Below are positions 12,520 to 25,649 of a DNA stretch of 63,738 nucleotides, in pieces. The notes beneath the pieces are model-generated. The model saw only the letters and a program-made list of their open reading frames with translations, was not told the origin of the DNA and did not search any database. Source of the stretch: Chiloscyllium plagiosum. Its lineage: Eukaryota. The stretch is taken from assembly GCF_004010195.1 (NCBI RefSeq), contig NC_057731.1:17946720-18010457 (forward strand). The letters are read 5' to 3'. Both the position numbers and the translations under genes were made by a program. Position 1 is the stretch's first letter. Every line of letters begins with the position of its first letter.

Positions 12520-15500
12520 ACGATAGAATGCAGGTCATCAGTTCTAGGGCATTGTCAGCCTTTAATTATAATAATTTCCCCAGTACTCATTCCTCAGTGA
12601 TTGCAACAGTTTAAATGACCGACCACTTGTCTTTCCCCTGCCCTTGCAATTGATCTCCCTTACAAACGATCCACTACATGCAGTCCCTGCCCCATCCAAT
12701 CTCCAGAGATTCCCTAATGTTTCGTAATGTCTCAGTGTATGACTGGCAGCACACACTAGCTCTGTAATGCTGCTGGTACTGGAGAGCTGCCAGCCTCTGA
12801 TTAGCTGCCAACTCTTGGAGCAAGATTTCCACTCGACTGGAGCTTTGATCATGTGGGAAGCCTGATGTTGCCTAGTTGAATGTCAATAACATCAGCCCAT
12901 TCCTGGGGAGAAACAAAATGGGGCTCCCACCATTTCCCCACTGGTGGCATGGGTGAGGTGTGGGGGGATTGTGGTTGAGGTGTAGCTGGTATTGGTAGAC
13001 AGACTCTCAATGAACAGAATAAGGTTCTACCCCTGCATTCAAGGCCAATGTTGGACATGGACAAGAGGCTTGCCAAGAGATGTAGCAATGCTTCACTCAT
13101 AAATGATTAATTAGCCTTACTTTTCAAAGAATCATAAGTAACCCAGAAAGAGTCTTAAAATACCTTCTGTGACATTTCTCACAACATCTCCTTAAATATC
13201 ATTAATATCTATAAATTGTTGCTTTTTCCACACCAAGTTCGAAAATGAGTGTTCATGAGATAAGTTACTAGGAGGCCATTAAAATAATAAATTACTATAA
13301 TTCTCTGAAAATTTCTCAATGGACTACAGTGGAAACTGTCACTTGTGCCAGGGTCATAATTTCTGTTCATTGTTACAAAGTGAACAAAAGAGTACTCCAG
13401 GATGGAACTCCCATCTGTTGAAACTTCCAATGTTTAATGATAAAGTGGCTTGTTGAAGCCAGGCCACTATTGTGGAGAACCATAAGAAGATGGCTCTTAT
13501 TAGTGATTGGAGATCACTGCAGTACCTCGAGGTCTCCAGGAAGAATGCCACCTGTTAAACTGGCCTCTGCCATCCTGCAGATTAAATGGAAAATCCCAAT
13601 TGGCTTTCATAACAAATCTTAAAGGGCTGTTGATCATTATGAGGCTGCATTTACACTACTACTCCCTCCCCCACATCTGGGATATGGCTGTGGGATGCCT
13701 ATTGTAGTGCCGATTGTAACAAGGTCAGCCAAGTGGACCTCATAAAATATGAGTTCCCTGATTAGGGCTTTTAATCTTGTCCAATCAGGGAGCACTGGCT
13801 GACTGATACAAAGCGGACTATCAGACATTCTGACACATTGAGAGCTGACTCTAAAGGATCTGGATCAGTTGAGTTGGACGGTATCCAATAGAGTGCACAC
13901 CCTGGAAAGTGCATCTATATCTGGTTTGGAACAGTTAAGTTGCTTAGCAACATTCAAACTGGAACTAATCAAAATAAACTCCTGGTTAAATGGTCATCCA
14001 GTTCTAATGGAGGTTAATACTGGTGTGGCTGATTCTGAGCTCGCAGAACAAGTCTTTTACAGAATTTGCTCTGGGCTCGAACATTTATGCAAGACCTCAA
14101 CTAGACTAAAAACCTACACCAGGGAACCTATACCCCTACAGATTAAGGGTAGAGCGTCAGTTCCAGTCTCATATGAGAAGCAGCTGGTTCAGTTACTACT
14201 GAAGGTTCGGGCCCAAGCCTGATGGGGCGAAATTAGTTGAGATTGACTCAATATTTTTCAATTAAAATGGCTGCCTGAATAAAGTCCTAATTAAATACTT
14301 TGAAGTTTTTCAGAAAGGTCTAGGTACTATTAAAGGAGCAAAGGCCACCTTGCATGTTGACCAGGAAACAATTCTATGATTCTGCAGTGCCATTTGCCTT
14401 AATCAGAAGTCTGGAAAACAAGGGATTCATCAAACCAATGCAGTTTGTGGAATGGGAAGCACCAGTCTTACTGATTGTGAAGTCTGAGGGGTCAGTTCGC
14501 CTTGTGGGGAATTTAAACAAGCAAGTAAGTATTTTTCACAGCTGGATAATTAACCAATCCCTCACATAGAAGATTTAAGCGCAAAGCTGCAGGGGAAGTG
14601 GGGTGGGTGGATGCCAGAAGGGTTGGGGCTGTCCTTCACAAAGTTGGATATGATAAGATTCCCAGAAGTATGCTATAATTAATACTCTCAAGGGTTTGTA
14701 CCAATATACAAGACTGCCACTTGGGATATTGTCAGCCTATGCAATGTTTCAGTGGATGGCGGAGAACATGAACAAGGTTTACCCCAGGTCATTATTTATC
14801 CAGATGATGTGCTAATAACAGGGAAGACCAATAAGGAGTACTTAGAGAACTTGGACATAGTCGTTAAACGGTTCTCCCAGGCAGGCATATACCTGAAGAA
14901 AGGGTGTGTGTTCCAAGTACTCTAAGTGACCTACCTGAGCTGCAGAATCGACAAGACCCAGTTACACCATTTGGAAGATAAGATGAAGGTGATCAAAGGT
15001 GCCCTGGCTCCCATATCTGTACCAAAGCTTACGTCTTTCCTTGGGCTGGTGAATTATTATGGAAAGTTCGTACATAACCTGGCCTCCATCCTGGCACCTT
15101 TGCATCAACTCTTAAACAAGAGTCAGCGTTGGAAATGATTATGTAGCTTTCAGGGAAGTGAAGAAACAGCTGTCATCTTCTATGGTGTTGGCACACCATG
15201 ATTCCAAGCAAGATATGATATTGACGTGTGATGCTTCCCCTTATGGCATTGGGGTAGTATTAACTCATAGGTTGCCCAATGGAAAGGAATGCTCAATAGC
15301 ATATGCATCCAGGACTTCAGATAAGGCAGAGTATAAATACACTCAGATCGAGAATGAAAATTTGGTGGTCAGGAAGTTCCACTAATACCTTTAAAGACAT
15401 ACATTTGTAATAATGGTGGACCACAAACCCTTGCTCGGTTTATTTTAAAAGGACAAGAAACTGTTGTCCATAACTTCAGGTGAAATTCAGCGGTAGGCTC

Positions 15501-15769
15501 GAATAGTAGTGCTTACAATTACAAGTTGGAACAACATCCGGGTAGCAAATACCAAATGCAGATTCGTTGAGCCACCTCCTGTTGGCAGATATACCACTAG
15601 TACTACCGCCACTCAAAGGGTCCGTAATGGTTTTGAATTTTCTGGACACATTTACACTCAGAGCCGACAAAATCAGACTTTTGACACTAAAGGCTCCTGT
15701 CCTGGCAAAACTGAAATGCCTGGTGGGGGTAGGGGAAACCAAAGAGTCATCACAACCAGAATTGAAACC

Positions 15770-16317
15770 ATGATTTGGAGATGCCGGTTTTGGACTGGGT
15801 TAAAAAAATCACACAACACCAGGTTATAGTCCAACAGGTTTATTTGGAAGCACTAGCTTTCGATGCATTGCTCCTTCATCAGGTGGTTGTGGAGGATAAG
15901 ATTGTAAGACACAGAATTTATAGCAAAAGTTTATAGTGTGATGTAACTGAAATTATACATTGAAAAAAACCTGGATTGTTAGCTGAGTCTCTCATCTTTT
16001 AGAATGAGCATATGGGTTTCAGTTCTTTCTTATGTAAATTGCAGAATATTTAAAACTTACATTCTCAAGTGAATGTAACTTTTAAATGTTCTGCGATTTA
16101 CATATAAAAGAATCGAAACCAACATGCTCATTCTAAGAGATGAGAGGCTTAAGCAATTCAGGTGTTTTTCAATATATAATTGAAAACTTTTGCTATAAAT
16201 TCTGTGTCTTACAATCTTATCCTCCACAACCACCTGATGAAGGAGCAGCGCATCGAAAGCTAGTACTTCCAAATAAACCTGTTGGACTATAATCTGGAGC
16301 TGTGTGATTTTTAACTT
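15770..16317. mobile_element. Penelope-like family B foldback element (~260-bp inverted arms) inside Gypsy pol
   Basis: TSD agaa(t/c)tgaaacc at 15758-15769 and 16318-16329; arms invert around ttacattc-tcaagt-gaatgtaa (~16057-16078); each arm holds a hammerhead core. Confidence 0.85.
16231..16265 (+). ncRNA. Minimal hammerhead ribozyme motif (family B, stem II weakened)
   Basis: cac CTGATGA a ggagc agc gcatc GAA AGCT A gta; the mirror copy is on the minus strand at 15851-15885. Confidence 0.6.
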
Positions 16318-16592
16318 AGAACTGAAACCTGTTCGGACCTGGATAGACTGGATCACTGTAGAGGATGGCATATTATTGTGGGGAAAAAGAGTGATTATCC
16401 TAAGCAAAGATAGCCAGCAGATACTGGTGAAACTCCGAAAGGGTCATCCAGGGGTTTCCAAAATGAAGATGTTGGCAAGAAGTTATGTCTGGTGGCTAGG
16501 ATTAGATATAGAGACAGCTGTATTGGTGGGGAGTGCCCAGAGTGCCCACAAGGACAATAATTACTGCCAGCAGCTCTTCCACATTCGTGAGA

Positions 16593-19500
16593 AGAGAGTC
16601 ATAGAGATATACGGCACAGAAACAGACTCTTTGGTCCAACTCTTCCATGCCGACTAGATATCCTAATCTAATCTAGTCCCATTTGCCAGCACTTGGCCCA
16701 TATCCCTCTAAACCCTTCATATTCATATACCCATCCAGATGCCTTTTAAATGTTGTAATTGTACCAGCCTCCACAACTTCCTCTGACAGCTCATTCCATA
16801 CACGCACCACCATCTGTGTGAAGAAGTTACCCCTTAGTTCCCTTTTATATCTTTCCCCTCTTACCCCCTAGACATCTGCCGTCTAGTTCTGGACTCCCCC
16901 ACCCCAGGGAAAAGAATTTGTCTATTTATCCTACCATACCCATCATGATTTTATAAACCTCTATAAGGTCACCCCTCAGCCTCCAACACTCCAGGGGAAA
17001 ACAGCCCCAGCCTGTTCAACCTCTCCCTATAGCACAAACCCTCCAACCTGGCAACATCCTTGTGACTCTTTTCTGAACTCCTTCAAATTTCACAACATCA
17101 TTCCAATAGGAAGAGACCAGAACTGCATGCAATATTCAAAAAGTGGCCTCACCAATGTCCTGTACAACCTCAACATGACCTCCCAATGCCTATACTCAAT
17201 GCTCTGATCAATAAAGGAAAGCATACCAAACGCCTTCTTCACTATTCAATCTACCTGTGACTCAACTTTCAAGGAGCTATGAACCTGCACTCCAAGGTCT
17301 CTTTGTTCAACAACACTCCCTAGGACCTTACCATTAAGTGTATAAGTCCTGCTCTGATTTGCTTTTCCAAAATGCAGCACTTTACATTATTCTAAATTAA
17401 TTTCCAGCTGCCACACCTCAGCCTATTGGCCCATTTAATCAAGATCCGTTGTATTCTGAGGTAGCCTTCTTCACTGTCCACTACACCTCCAATTTTGGTG
17501 TCATCTGCAGACTTACTAATGAAACCTCCTATGCTCACATCCAAATTATTTATATAAATGATGAAAAGCAGTGGATCCAGCACCAATCTAGTTTGTGAGA
17601 CATGATTTCCCATGCACAAAGCCACGCTGGCTATCCCTAATCAATTCTTGCCTTTCCAAATTCATGTAAATCCTGTCTTTCAGGATTCCCTCCAAAAACC
17701 TGCCCACCACCGACATCAGGCTCACTGGTCTATAGTTCCCTGGCTTGTCCTTACCACCTTCCTTAAATAGTGGCACCATGTTAGCCAATCTCCAGTCTTC
17801 CGGCACCTCACCTGTGACTATCAATGATACAAATATTTCAGAGAGGGGCCCAGTAATCACTTCCCTACCATCCCACAGAGTTCTAGGGTACACCTGATCA
17901 GGTCCTCGGGATTTATCCGCTTTTATGCATTTCAAGATATCCAGCATCTCCTCCAATGTAATATGGGCATTTTTAAAGATGTCACCATCTATTTCCCCAC
18001 ATTCTATATCTTCCATGTCCTTCTCCACAATAAACAATGATGTAAACTCCTTGTTTAGTATCTCCGCCATCTCCTACGGCTGCACACATAGGCTGCCTTC
18101 CTGATCTTTGAGGTGTTCTATTCTCTCCCTAGTTACCCTTTTATCCTTAATGTATGTATAAAATCCCTTTGGATTCTCCTTAACCCTATTTGCCAAAGCT
18201 ATCTCATTTCCCCTTTTGCCCTCCTGATTTCCCTCTTAAGTATACTCCGACTGCCTTTATACTCTTCTAAGGATTCACTCGATCTATCGTGTCCATACCT
18301 GACATATGCTTCCTTCTTTTTCTCAACCAAAACCTCAATTTCTCTAGTCATCCAGCATTCCCTAAAACTACCAGCCTTTCCTTTCAGTCTAACAGGAATA
18401 TACTGTCTCCGGACTCTCATTATCTCATTTCTGAAGGCTTCCCATTTTCCAGCCATCCCTTTACCTGAGAATGTCTGACCCAAGTCAGCGTTTGAAAGTT
18501 ATTGCATAATACCATCAAAATTACCATCCTCCAATTTAGAACTTCAACTTTTAGATCCGGTCTATCCTTTTCCATCACTATTTTAAAACTAATAGAATTA
18601 TGGTCGCTGGCCCAAAGTGCTTCCCCACTGAAACCTTAATCACCTGCCCTGTCTTATTTCCCAAGAGTAAGTCATGCTTTACACCTCTAGTCAGTACATG
18701 CACATACTGAATCAGACAATGTTCTTGTACACACTTAACAAATTCCTTGCCATCTAAACCCTTAACACTATGGTAGTTCCTGTCTATGTTTGGAAAGTTA
18801 AAATCCCCCACCATAACCACCTTATTATTCTTATAGATAACTGAGATCCCTTACAAATTTGTTTCTCAATTTCCCTCTGACTATTAGGAGGTCTATAATA
18901 CAGTCTAAGTAAGGTGATCATCCCTTTCTTATTTCTCAGTTCCACCCAAATTACTTCCCTGGATGTATTTCCGGGAATATCCTCCCTCAGTAAAGCTGTA
19001 ACGTCCTTCCCATAGCATTTGTATCCTGGAACATTATGCTGCCAGTCATAGAGATGTACAGCATGGAAACAGACCCTTCGGTCCAACCTGTCCATGCCGC
19101 CCAGATATCCCAACCTAATCTAGTCCCACCTGCCAGGACCTGGCCCATATCCATCCTGTCCATCTCTGAACCACATTTCTGGAATTGCTATGATATTCCA
19201 GTCCCATATTCCTAACCATGCCCTGATTTCATCTGCCTTCCCTGTTAGACCTCGTGCATTGAAATAAATGGCAGTTTAAATTATCAGTCCTACCTTGTTC
19301 TCTGCTTTATCCCTGCCTACCCTGACTGTTTGATTGGCTCCTTTTTCCAACCGTACCAGTCTCAGATTGATCTCTCTCCTCACTATCACCCTGGGTCCCA
19401 ACCCCTCCACTTTACTAGTTTAAATCCTCCCGAGCAGCTCTAGCAAATTTCCCTGCCAGTATAATCGACCCCTTCCAATTCCGGTGCAATTCCTCCTTCT

Positions 19501-20670
19501 TATACAGGTCATTTCTATCCCCGGAGAGATTTCAAAAATCCAGACGTGTGAACCCTTCTCCCCTGCACCAGCTCCTCAGCCATGCTTTCATCTGCTCTAT
19601 CCTCCTATTCCTACCCTCACTAGCTCGTAGCACCAGGAGTAATCCAGACATTACTACTGTCAAGGACCTCCTTTTTAAATTCCTGTCTAACTATCTATAT
19701 TCTCCCTTCAGAATCTCAACCTTTTCCCTTCCTATGTCGTTAGTTTCAATGTGTACAATAATCTCCTGGTGGTCCCTCTCCTCTCTGAGAATATTCTGCG
19801 CCCTCTCTGAGACATCCCTGATCCTGGCACCAGGGAGGCACCACACCATTCTGATTTTTTGTTGCCGGCCGCAGAAACGTCTGTCTATGCCTCTGACGAG
19901 AGAGTCCCCTATCACAATTGATTGCTTGGAACCCGACAAACCCCTCATTACATGAGAGCCTGTCTGGAAACCAGAAACTTGGCTGATCGTACTACATTCC
20001 CCCGAGAGTCCATCACCCCCTTCATTTTCCAAAACAGCATGCTTGTTTGAAATGGGGATAGCCACAAGAGACTCCCGCACTACCTGCCTACCCCCCTCCT
20101 ACCTTTCCTGGAGTTAACCCATCTACCTGACTGTATTTGCGGCTTTTCTCTCTTCCTATAACTGCCATCCATCACACCTCCTTGCTCTTGTAAATTCTTT
20201 ATTGGCTCTAACTGTCGCTCCAACCGATCCATGCGATATTATAGGATTCACAACAAAAGACACTTCCTGCAGACATAGCCAACAGTAATATGGAAACTCT
20301 CCATAAACTCCCACATCCGACAGGAAGAGCATATCACTCTTCTAAAGGCCATCTTTGCTCCTTCACAATCTACAGACCCAGAAAATAGCATCGTCTTTTT
20401 GCTCTAAAAACAGTGCTCCAGGCTAACTTAGTACTTATGGTTTATGGTTTTTTTAAAATTTAATCAAGGGACAGATCTCAATAAAACATATAATCAAGAA
20501 AGAACCCACTGTACTCACTACTGTAGACCTACAGTAAGGTTACACTTAAAAACTGTGCACTTACCTGTTCCTGTGCTATGAGCTCTCCCACACAGGTTCC
20601 TCCAAGGTCAGCTGTGAATGTTGCTGTTTGATAATTTTTCCTAGACACACTCCATTGTCTGGAGATACAT
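16593..20670 (-). mobile_element. Near full-length degenerate CR1 LINE inserted in the Gypsy integrase
   Basis: ORF1 from ~20352 has a zinc finger (CSSCRMWE...CRKC) and an SGNH-esterase domain (IVIGDSLVRG, CLPGA, ETNDIG). ORF2 fragments: YYRPP, VGDFN, GNYRPVSL, SADDTKIGG. 3' tail gtcatagag at ~16598. Confidence 0.9.
19045..19151 (-). mobile_element. Short CR1 3'-tail insertion nested in the older CR1
   Basis: gtcatagagatgtacagcatggaaacagacccttcggtccaac...ggcccatatc interrupts the endonuclease region. Confidence 0.75.
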
Positions 20671-21169
20671 GAATGCCTGGCAAATCCTGGACTTGGTTAC
20701 ATGTTGACTGTGCATGTATTTTCATAGGCTCAATGTTCTTTGTCATTCTGGAAACCCACTCAAAGAGACTGGCTTTGTATGGAGTTCATTCATCAAACAT
20801 GGGGACAACAATAGAAAGCTGTGTGTATCTTTTGCAGTACTCAGACTCCCAGACATGTTGCTTACAGATAATGAACCATTGTTTACTGGCAGGGAATTTG
20901 AGTATTTCCTGCAATCCAATGGGATTTATCATATAAGGACAGTTCCATACATCCATCATCCAATGGCCTGGCAGAAAGCGCAGTCCAAATGTTGAAGGCA
21001 GGTTCAAAGAAGTAGCCTACAGCTTTGCTGGAGACCAAACTGTCTCAGTTCCTATTTGATTTTGGTGCCATTCCCCAGGATGGCACCAGCAGAGTTGCTA
21101 ATGGGGAGAATATTCCACGCTAGGTTAAATTTGATCTTCCCTAACCTGGAGTGGAGAAGGGTAAACAGT

Positions 21170-21287
21170 GAAGGATGGATTGCACCTGAATTGTAAGGGG
21201 ACTGATATAGTGGCAGGGAGATTTGCTAGAGCTGCTCGGGAGCATTTAAACTAGTAAAGTAGAGGGATAGGACACAGGCAAATAGTG
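21170..21287 (+). mobile_element. Internal CR1 ORF1-end fragment inside the Gypsy 3' region
   Basis: Inverted homologue of 19381-19499; no 3' tail. Confidence 0.75.
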
Positions 21288-22379
21288 CCAAATGCCAGAC
21301 TCTGTGAAGTGAGATCGTTCATTACAGGGAATGATGTTTGGTGTAGGAATCACAGAAATGACCTTCCACGTGTAAGAGATACAGTCGCTGCAAGGTCAGA
21401 TAGTGACATATAAAGTTCGAATAGGCGTGATGATCCTGAACAAGCATGTGGACCATATGAAAGCCACAAACATGCAAACGGTGTTTGAGTAAAATGTGCC
21501 GTGCTCCTTGGAACAATTGGAAAGACGTTAGAAGCTGTGTGTTCTTCCTCTCCATCAAGCATTGATAAGACCCCTGAATTTGAAATGGATATAGCGGATC
21601 TCACTGCATCGATGCCTTTGCCATTGGAAGAAGAGGATGAATTTCTCCCAAGACACTCTGGATGCCTGAAGCGAACTCCCGTGTGTTACACACCACCCGT
21701 GTTTGGATGCTGAGTCAGAGGAAGCTGACCCGGTGTTAAAACATCGCAGGAGGTTCTTTGAGAAAAATGACTGGCCTATGTCTTTGGATGTAGAGGAGGA
21801 CAGATGTAGTGATAATAATGAAGTCAGTCAGGTGGATCTCATAGAAAATGAGTTCCCTGATTGGGGCTGTTAATCTGTTCGAATCAGGGAGACCTGGCTC
21901 TCAGATTTAAAATGAATATCAGACAATCTGACACTCTGAGAGCTGGCTCTGAGGGAGCTGGATCAATGTCAAGGACTCTCCATGTTAAATAATGGGTGGC
22001 TTGCTGAAGGGATGCCGGCCTCTGTGGAGTTATTTTACCTATGCTCCCAATCCCAGTGAGGTTGAGGAATCAGATCCATGAGGAAAAAAGAACTGATCAG
22101 GCTGTCAACACCCACACTTTCATCCGAACTCTACCATCTCTGTTAAAAGTGGAAGCAGGTCATAATTCAAGTGAACACCTCTGTGCACTCAATCCTGAAC
22201 TGCTGCTTTTTCCTGGACTCTCATTAAATATCCATGATGGGTTTACAGTGGTAAAACCTTTGCTCGTTACATTCTCACCACTGGGAGTGAAGAAAATTAA
22301 CTAATTAAAATTGCTGCAGCTGGATAAAAGAGCAATGCGTGTGTGTGGGCCACTGGAAACGTGCATCAGCCAGAATCTG

Positions 22380-22625
22380 TGAAGTAGTAGTCACCTCACT
22401 GGGGGAGGATTTCAGCAGTAGACAGGCTCCCAGGCTTTGTTTGGTATCTATGGAAGCGAGGGCTATGGAGAAAAATTACTCCCTGCGAACTGAGGATAGG
22501 AAGACCCCCAAGAAGGTGGTACAAACATGAAGGAGCTGGGCTGCCTAGGCAATAAGTACAATACCATCATGCTCTAGAGACCACCGCACAGTTTTTTAAT
22601 GCCTTATAATGCTGACCAAGGTAAG
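22380..22625 (+). mobile_element. Possible Harbinger Myb/SANT-like remnant
   Basis: RQAPRLCLVSMEA...EDRKTPK resembles the N-terminus of transposon Myb/SANT-like domains; very degenerate. Confidence 0.3.
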
Positions 22626-24135
22626 TGAGAACACTATTCCCCAATCGTAAGCTGTGAAAGTTATATTGGCACTTCCTTATCTCACAGATCACAGTAATCA
22701 GCTGACTAGTTCAGGTTGTGTGCAATCTGTAACTAATATTCACTGCTGACCACAAGGTGCAAACATTAGTGAAACATGGGAAGAAGCCCATCTCAAAAAA
22801 CACTTATTTTGCGTCATAACTTTCACCATAAAATAAATAAAACATTTATTTTTGCTTTTTAGAATCATAGAATTGTTTCCGCTCCTACCTGATCATTGTT
22901 ATTGTAAATGTGTATCTTGATTGTTTCAATATTGTGGCTCACTGAGTTAAGTTGAAAATTGTAACTCTCCAGATTCTCCTCTCTTTCACACACACATTCA
23001 ATTTATCTGCAGGTACTGGGGATCTCTTGTCCTTTTTACCTTGCCACATGACACAGGATATCTGATTTACTGCATGCGTGGCCGGCCCGGCCGTGCACAC
23101 AGAATTTGTCAACAGCAGTAAAAGCCTTCTAACAATTAAGGTCAAGTAAAAGATTTAACTCATAGCTTGCCTTTCAGCAGTAAGGCAGGCAACTACAGAC
23201 ATGACTATTTTTTTTAAAGTTATTTGTGGGCAATTTCATCATTTGATGAGAATTATACAGCTTTTTTTTTGTCAAAAATTTGTAATGATTTAGATGTTGT
23301 CCCGATTAAGTTTCAATTTTCAAGCAATTGAATAAAACAAAAAGTTCAGCACTTAATCAATTTAATCACTAAGAGTTTAATTACTCTTATCCATTGTTTG
23401 TCTATGTGTCTTGCAATGCCTACATTGTAGATTTTATTTGGAAGTTTTAGTATGCCATCCCAGCATTGTATTGTGAATGTGTTTTCTTTTAGAATGCCAC
23501 TGCATGTAAACATTGCATCAACATGAGTTGGTAGGAATCTTGGTGTGTTCTCTCATGCTGTGAGGAGTTGACTGCTTCCGTAGAGATTGAATTTTCAAGA
23601 GTTTTTTTATTTCAGGCAAATGATGAATTGATGGAAATGCATTACAATTTGCTTTTATAAACAACTACAAGAAATACTGAACAGTTATTATCATGAGAAA
23701 CATTACTGAGTAAATTTAGAGTGTTTTTGTTGATGCTTGGAAAGGAAAACACATACTGTTAATGGACACCAAATTTCACTTGTCACTTTTGATTGGATCA
23801 AGCTTTTAAATAATTCAAAACCCATCCATTGGCATAGAATCAAAACCAGATCCTATTTTTATTTCTTACTTTTTGATAGACTGTAGGAGTCTCTGACCAG
23901 GTCGTGCCTTTGTTACTCTCCCTAATTGCTCTTGAACTGAATGGCTCACTAAGTCATTTTAGAAAAACTGTTAAGAGTCAACCACGTTGCCATGGATATT
24001 GAGACCAGATGCAGAAAGAAAGATCAAATTGTTCCAAGGAAATAAAACTATCAATCAAACAAAGCTGGCAATTTCCATGGTAATTGTGTAGATAGTCCCA
24101 CAAAAAAACTGATTGAATCAATCATTCTTTGCATT

Positions 24136-24264
24136 GAGGAGAAAGTGAGGACTGCAGATGCTGGCGATCAGAGTTCCTGATGAAGGGCTTATGCCCAAAA
24201 TGTCGATTCTCCTGCTTCTCCAATGCTGCCTGACCTGCTGTGCTTTTCCAGCACTATACTCTCA
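24136..24264 (+). mobile_element. Penelope-like family A insertion with inverted 5' segment and mutated hammerhead
   Basis: TSD attctt(t/a)gcatt at 24124-24135 and 24265-24276; core ctgatgaagggcttatgcccAaaaTgtc (G12>A). Confidence 0.8.
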
Positions 24265-25514
24265 ATTCTTAGCATTCAGCCAAGCATTCATAATGAAGCA
24301 TCTCTGTAGAAATGGGCAGACTGAACTGAGGGCTAGACAGCTGTTCTCACAGTGGTCTTTTACAGTAACTTGCAATGGCTGTGTATTTATTTGGATCAGA
24401 TGGAAGCCTTCTTCAATGGGATCTTCACTTACTGTACTTGAATAACAGGTCTATAAGATTGCAAGGGACATCCCAAAGGAATGTCGAATGGTTGATTTAT
24501 TTTTAATTTGGTGTGTACTTTTAAGAGCTGCCAGTGTAATTACGAATTCTGTACCTAAGTGAGCATAGATGATGCATGGAGAGCATGGGTTATATAATGT
24601 GCCATGGAGAAAGCATGGGAAATCTGAGGAATAATGTGAGGTATGGGTGAGGGGGAAAGATAGAAGTTAGAGGGCCTAAAAACTATCACTAGAACCAGGT
24701 TAATAGCCCAGAAAATGCTGAAGTGCCTTTGAACCAACTGGTCTCATCTTCATTGTTATCTCAGACGTTCTTCTAAAGGTGGGAGGTCTGTCTGCAGCTC
24801 ATTTCACCTTCAGTATGATGAGGCAGATGGGCCCCTCTTGGTCAGAGATGTAGTTGTAGGATCTGGAAAATCCCTGATTCATATGGCCTGTTGTAACCCT
24901 GAAATTCTGGCCGTCAGACTTCAACTGATTTATGGTTTTATTACCAAAATCCAAATGCAGAATCAGTTCCAATAGCTGCTAGTAGGACAGTTTTTTAGAT
25001 TATCGCGAAACACAGACATTAATCCAGATGGTTTGCTAATGCAGAAAACTACTCACCATGGAATCATTAGGAACTGGTTATAATGTGTAAATGAACATCT
25101 GCCATAAAACTGACAAATAATCATAGCAGATGTCTTCACCGGATTTTTTAAAAATGAAACTTTTTTTATTAAATGTTTGACTTCACCATATCATTTATTT
25201 ACTCTTTCATGGGATGAGAATGTTGCCAGCAAGACTAGCCTTTGTTGTCCCTACCTAACTGCCCTTGAACTGAATGATTTGCTAGATCACCTCAGAAGGC
25301 AGATAAGAATTCACCATTGAGGGTCTGTATATCATATCAGGTAAAGACAACAGATTTCCTGCAGCCATACCTGACAATCCATTACAACTGTTGCCACATG
25401 AATGCAGAGAAAGACATTTTGTCCCTGTGTGTCCTGTGTGTTTATGGTACCACATTCTTAAACTGCAGCCAAATTGTGGTGATAGGCAAATCAATTTCAA
25501 CTAATTCAAATCCA

Positions 25515-25649
25515 GTTCTGCATAAGGGTCACGGGACCTGAAACGTTAAATCTGATTTCGCTCCATAGATGCTGCCAGATCTTCTCAGCTTTTCCAACAA
25601 TTTCTGTTTTGTTTCGGATTTCTAGCATCTGCAGATTGTTCGGTTTTTC
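25515..25649 (+). mobile_element. Penelope-like family C insertion with degenerate hammerhead
   Basis: TSD attcaaatcca at 25504-25514 and 25650-25660; ctgcataagggtcacgggacctgaaacgttaa. Confidence 0.75.

Larger units (their letters stand above)
13703..22037 (+). mobile_element. Ty3/Gypsy LTR retrotransposon (degenerate, gag deleted) carrying nested insertions
   Basis: 5' LTR starts TGTAGT at 13703 (truncated at ~13869); 3' LTR is 21805-22037, preceded by a purine tract; 5-bp TSD CCTAT at 13698-13702 and 22038-22042. Pol remnants run protease (MEVNTGV), RT (AVPFAL, FTKLD, YPDDVLI), RNase H (TCDASPYGIG, IAYASRT, DHKPL), integrase (HPGVSKMKMLARSYVWW, WLHVD, TDNEPLF). Confidence 0.92.

Noticed and set aside
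12005-12614. Long ORFs across the first gap
   Set aside because: Artefacts of translating Ns
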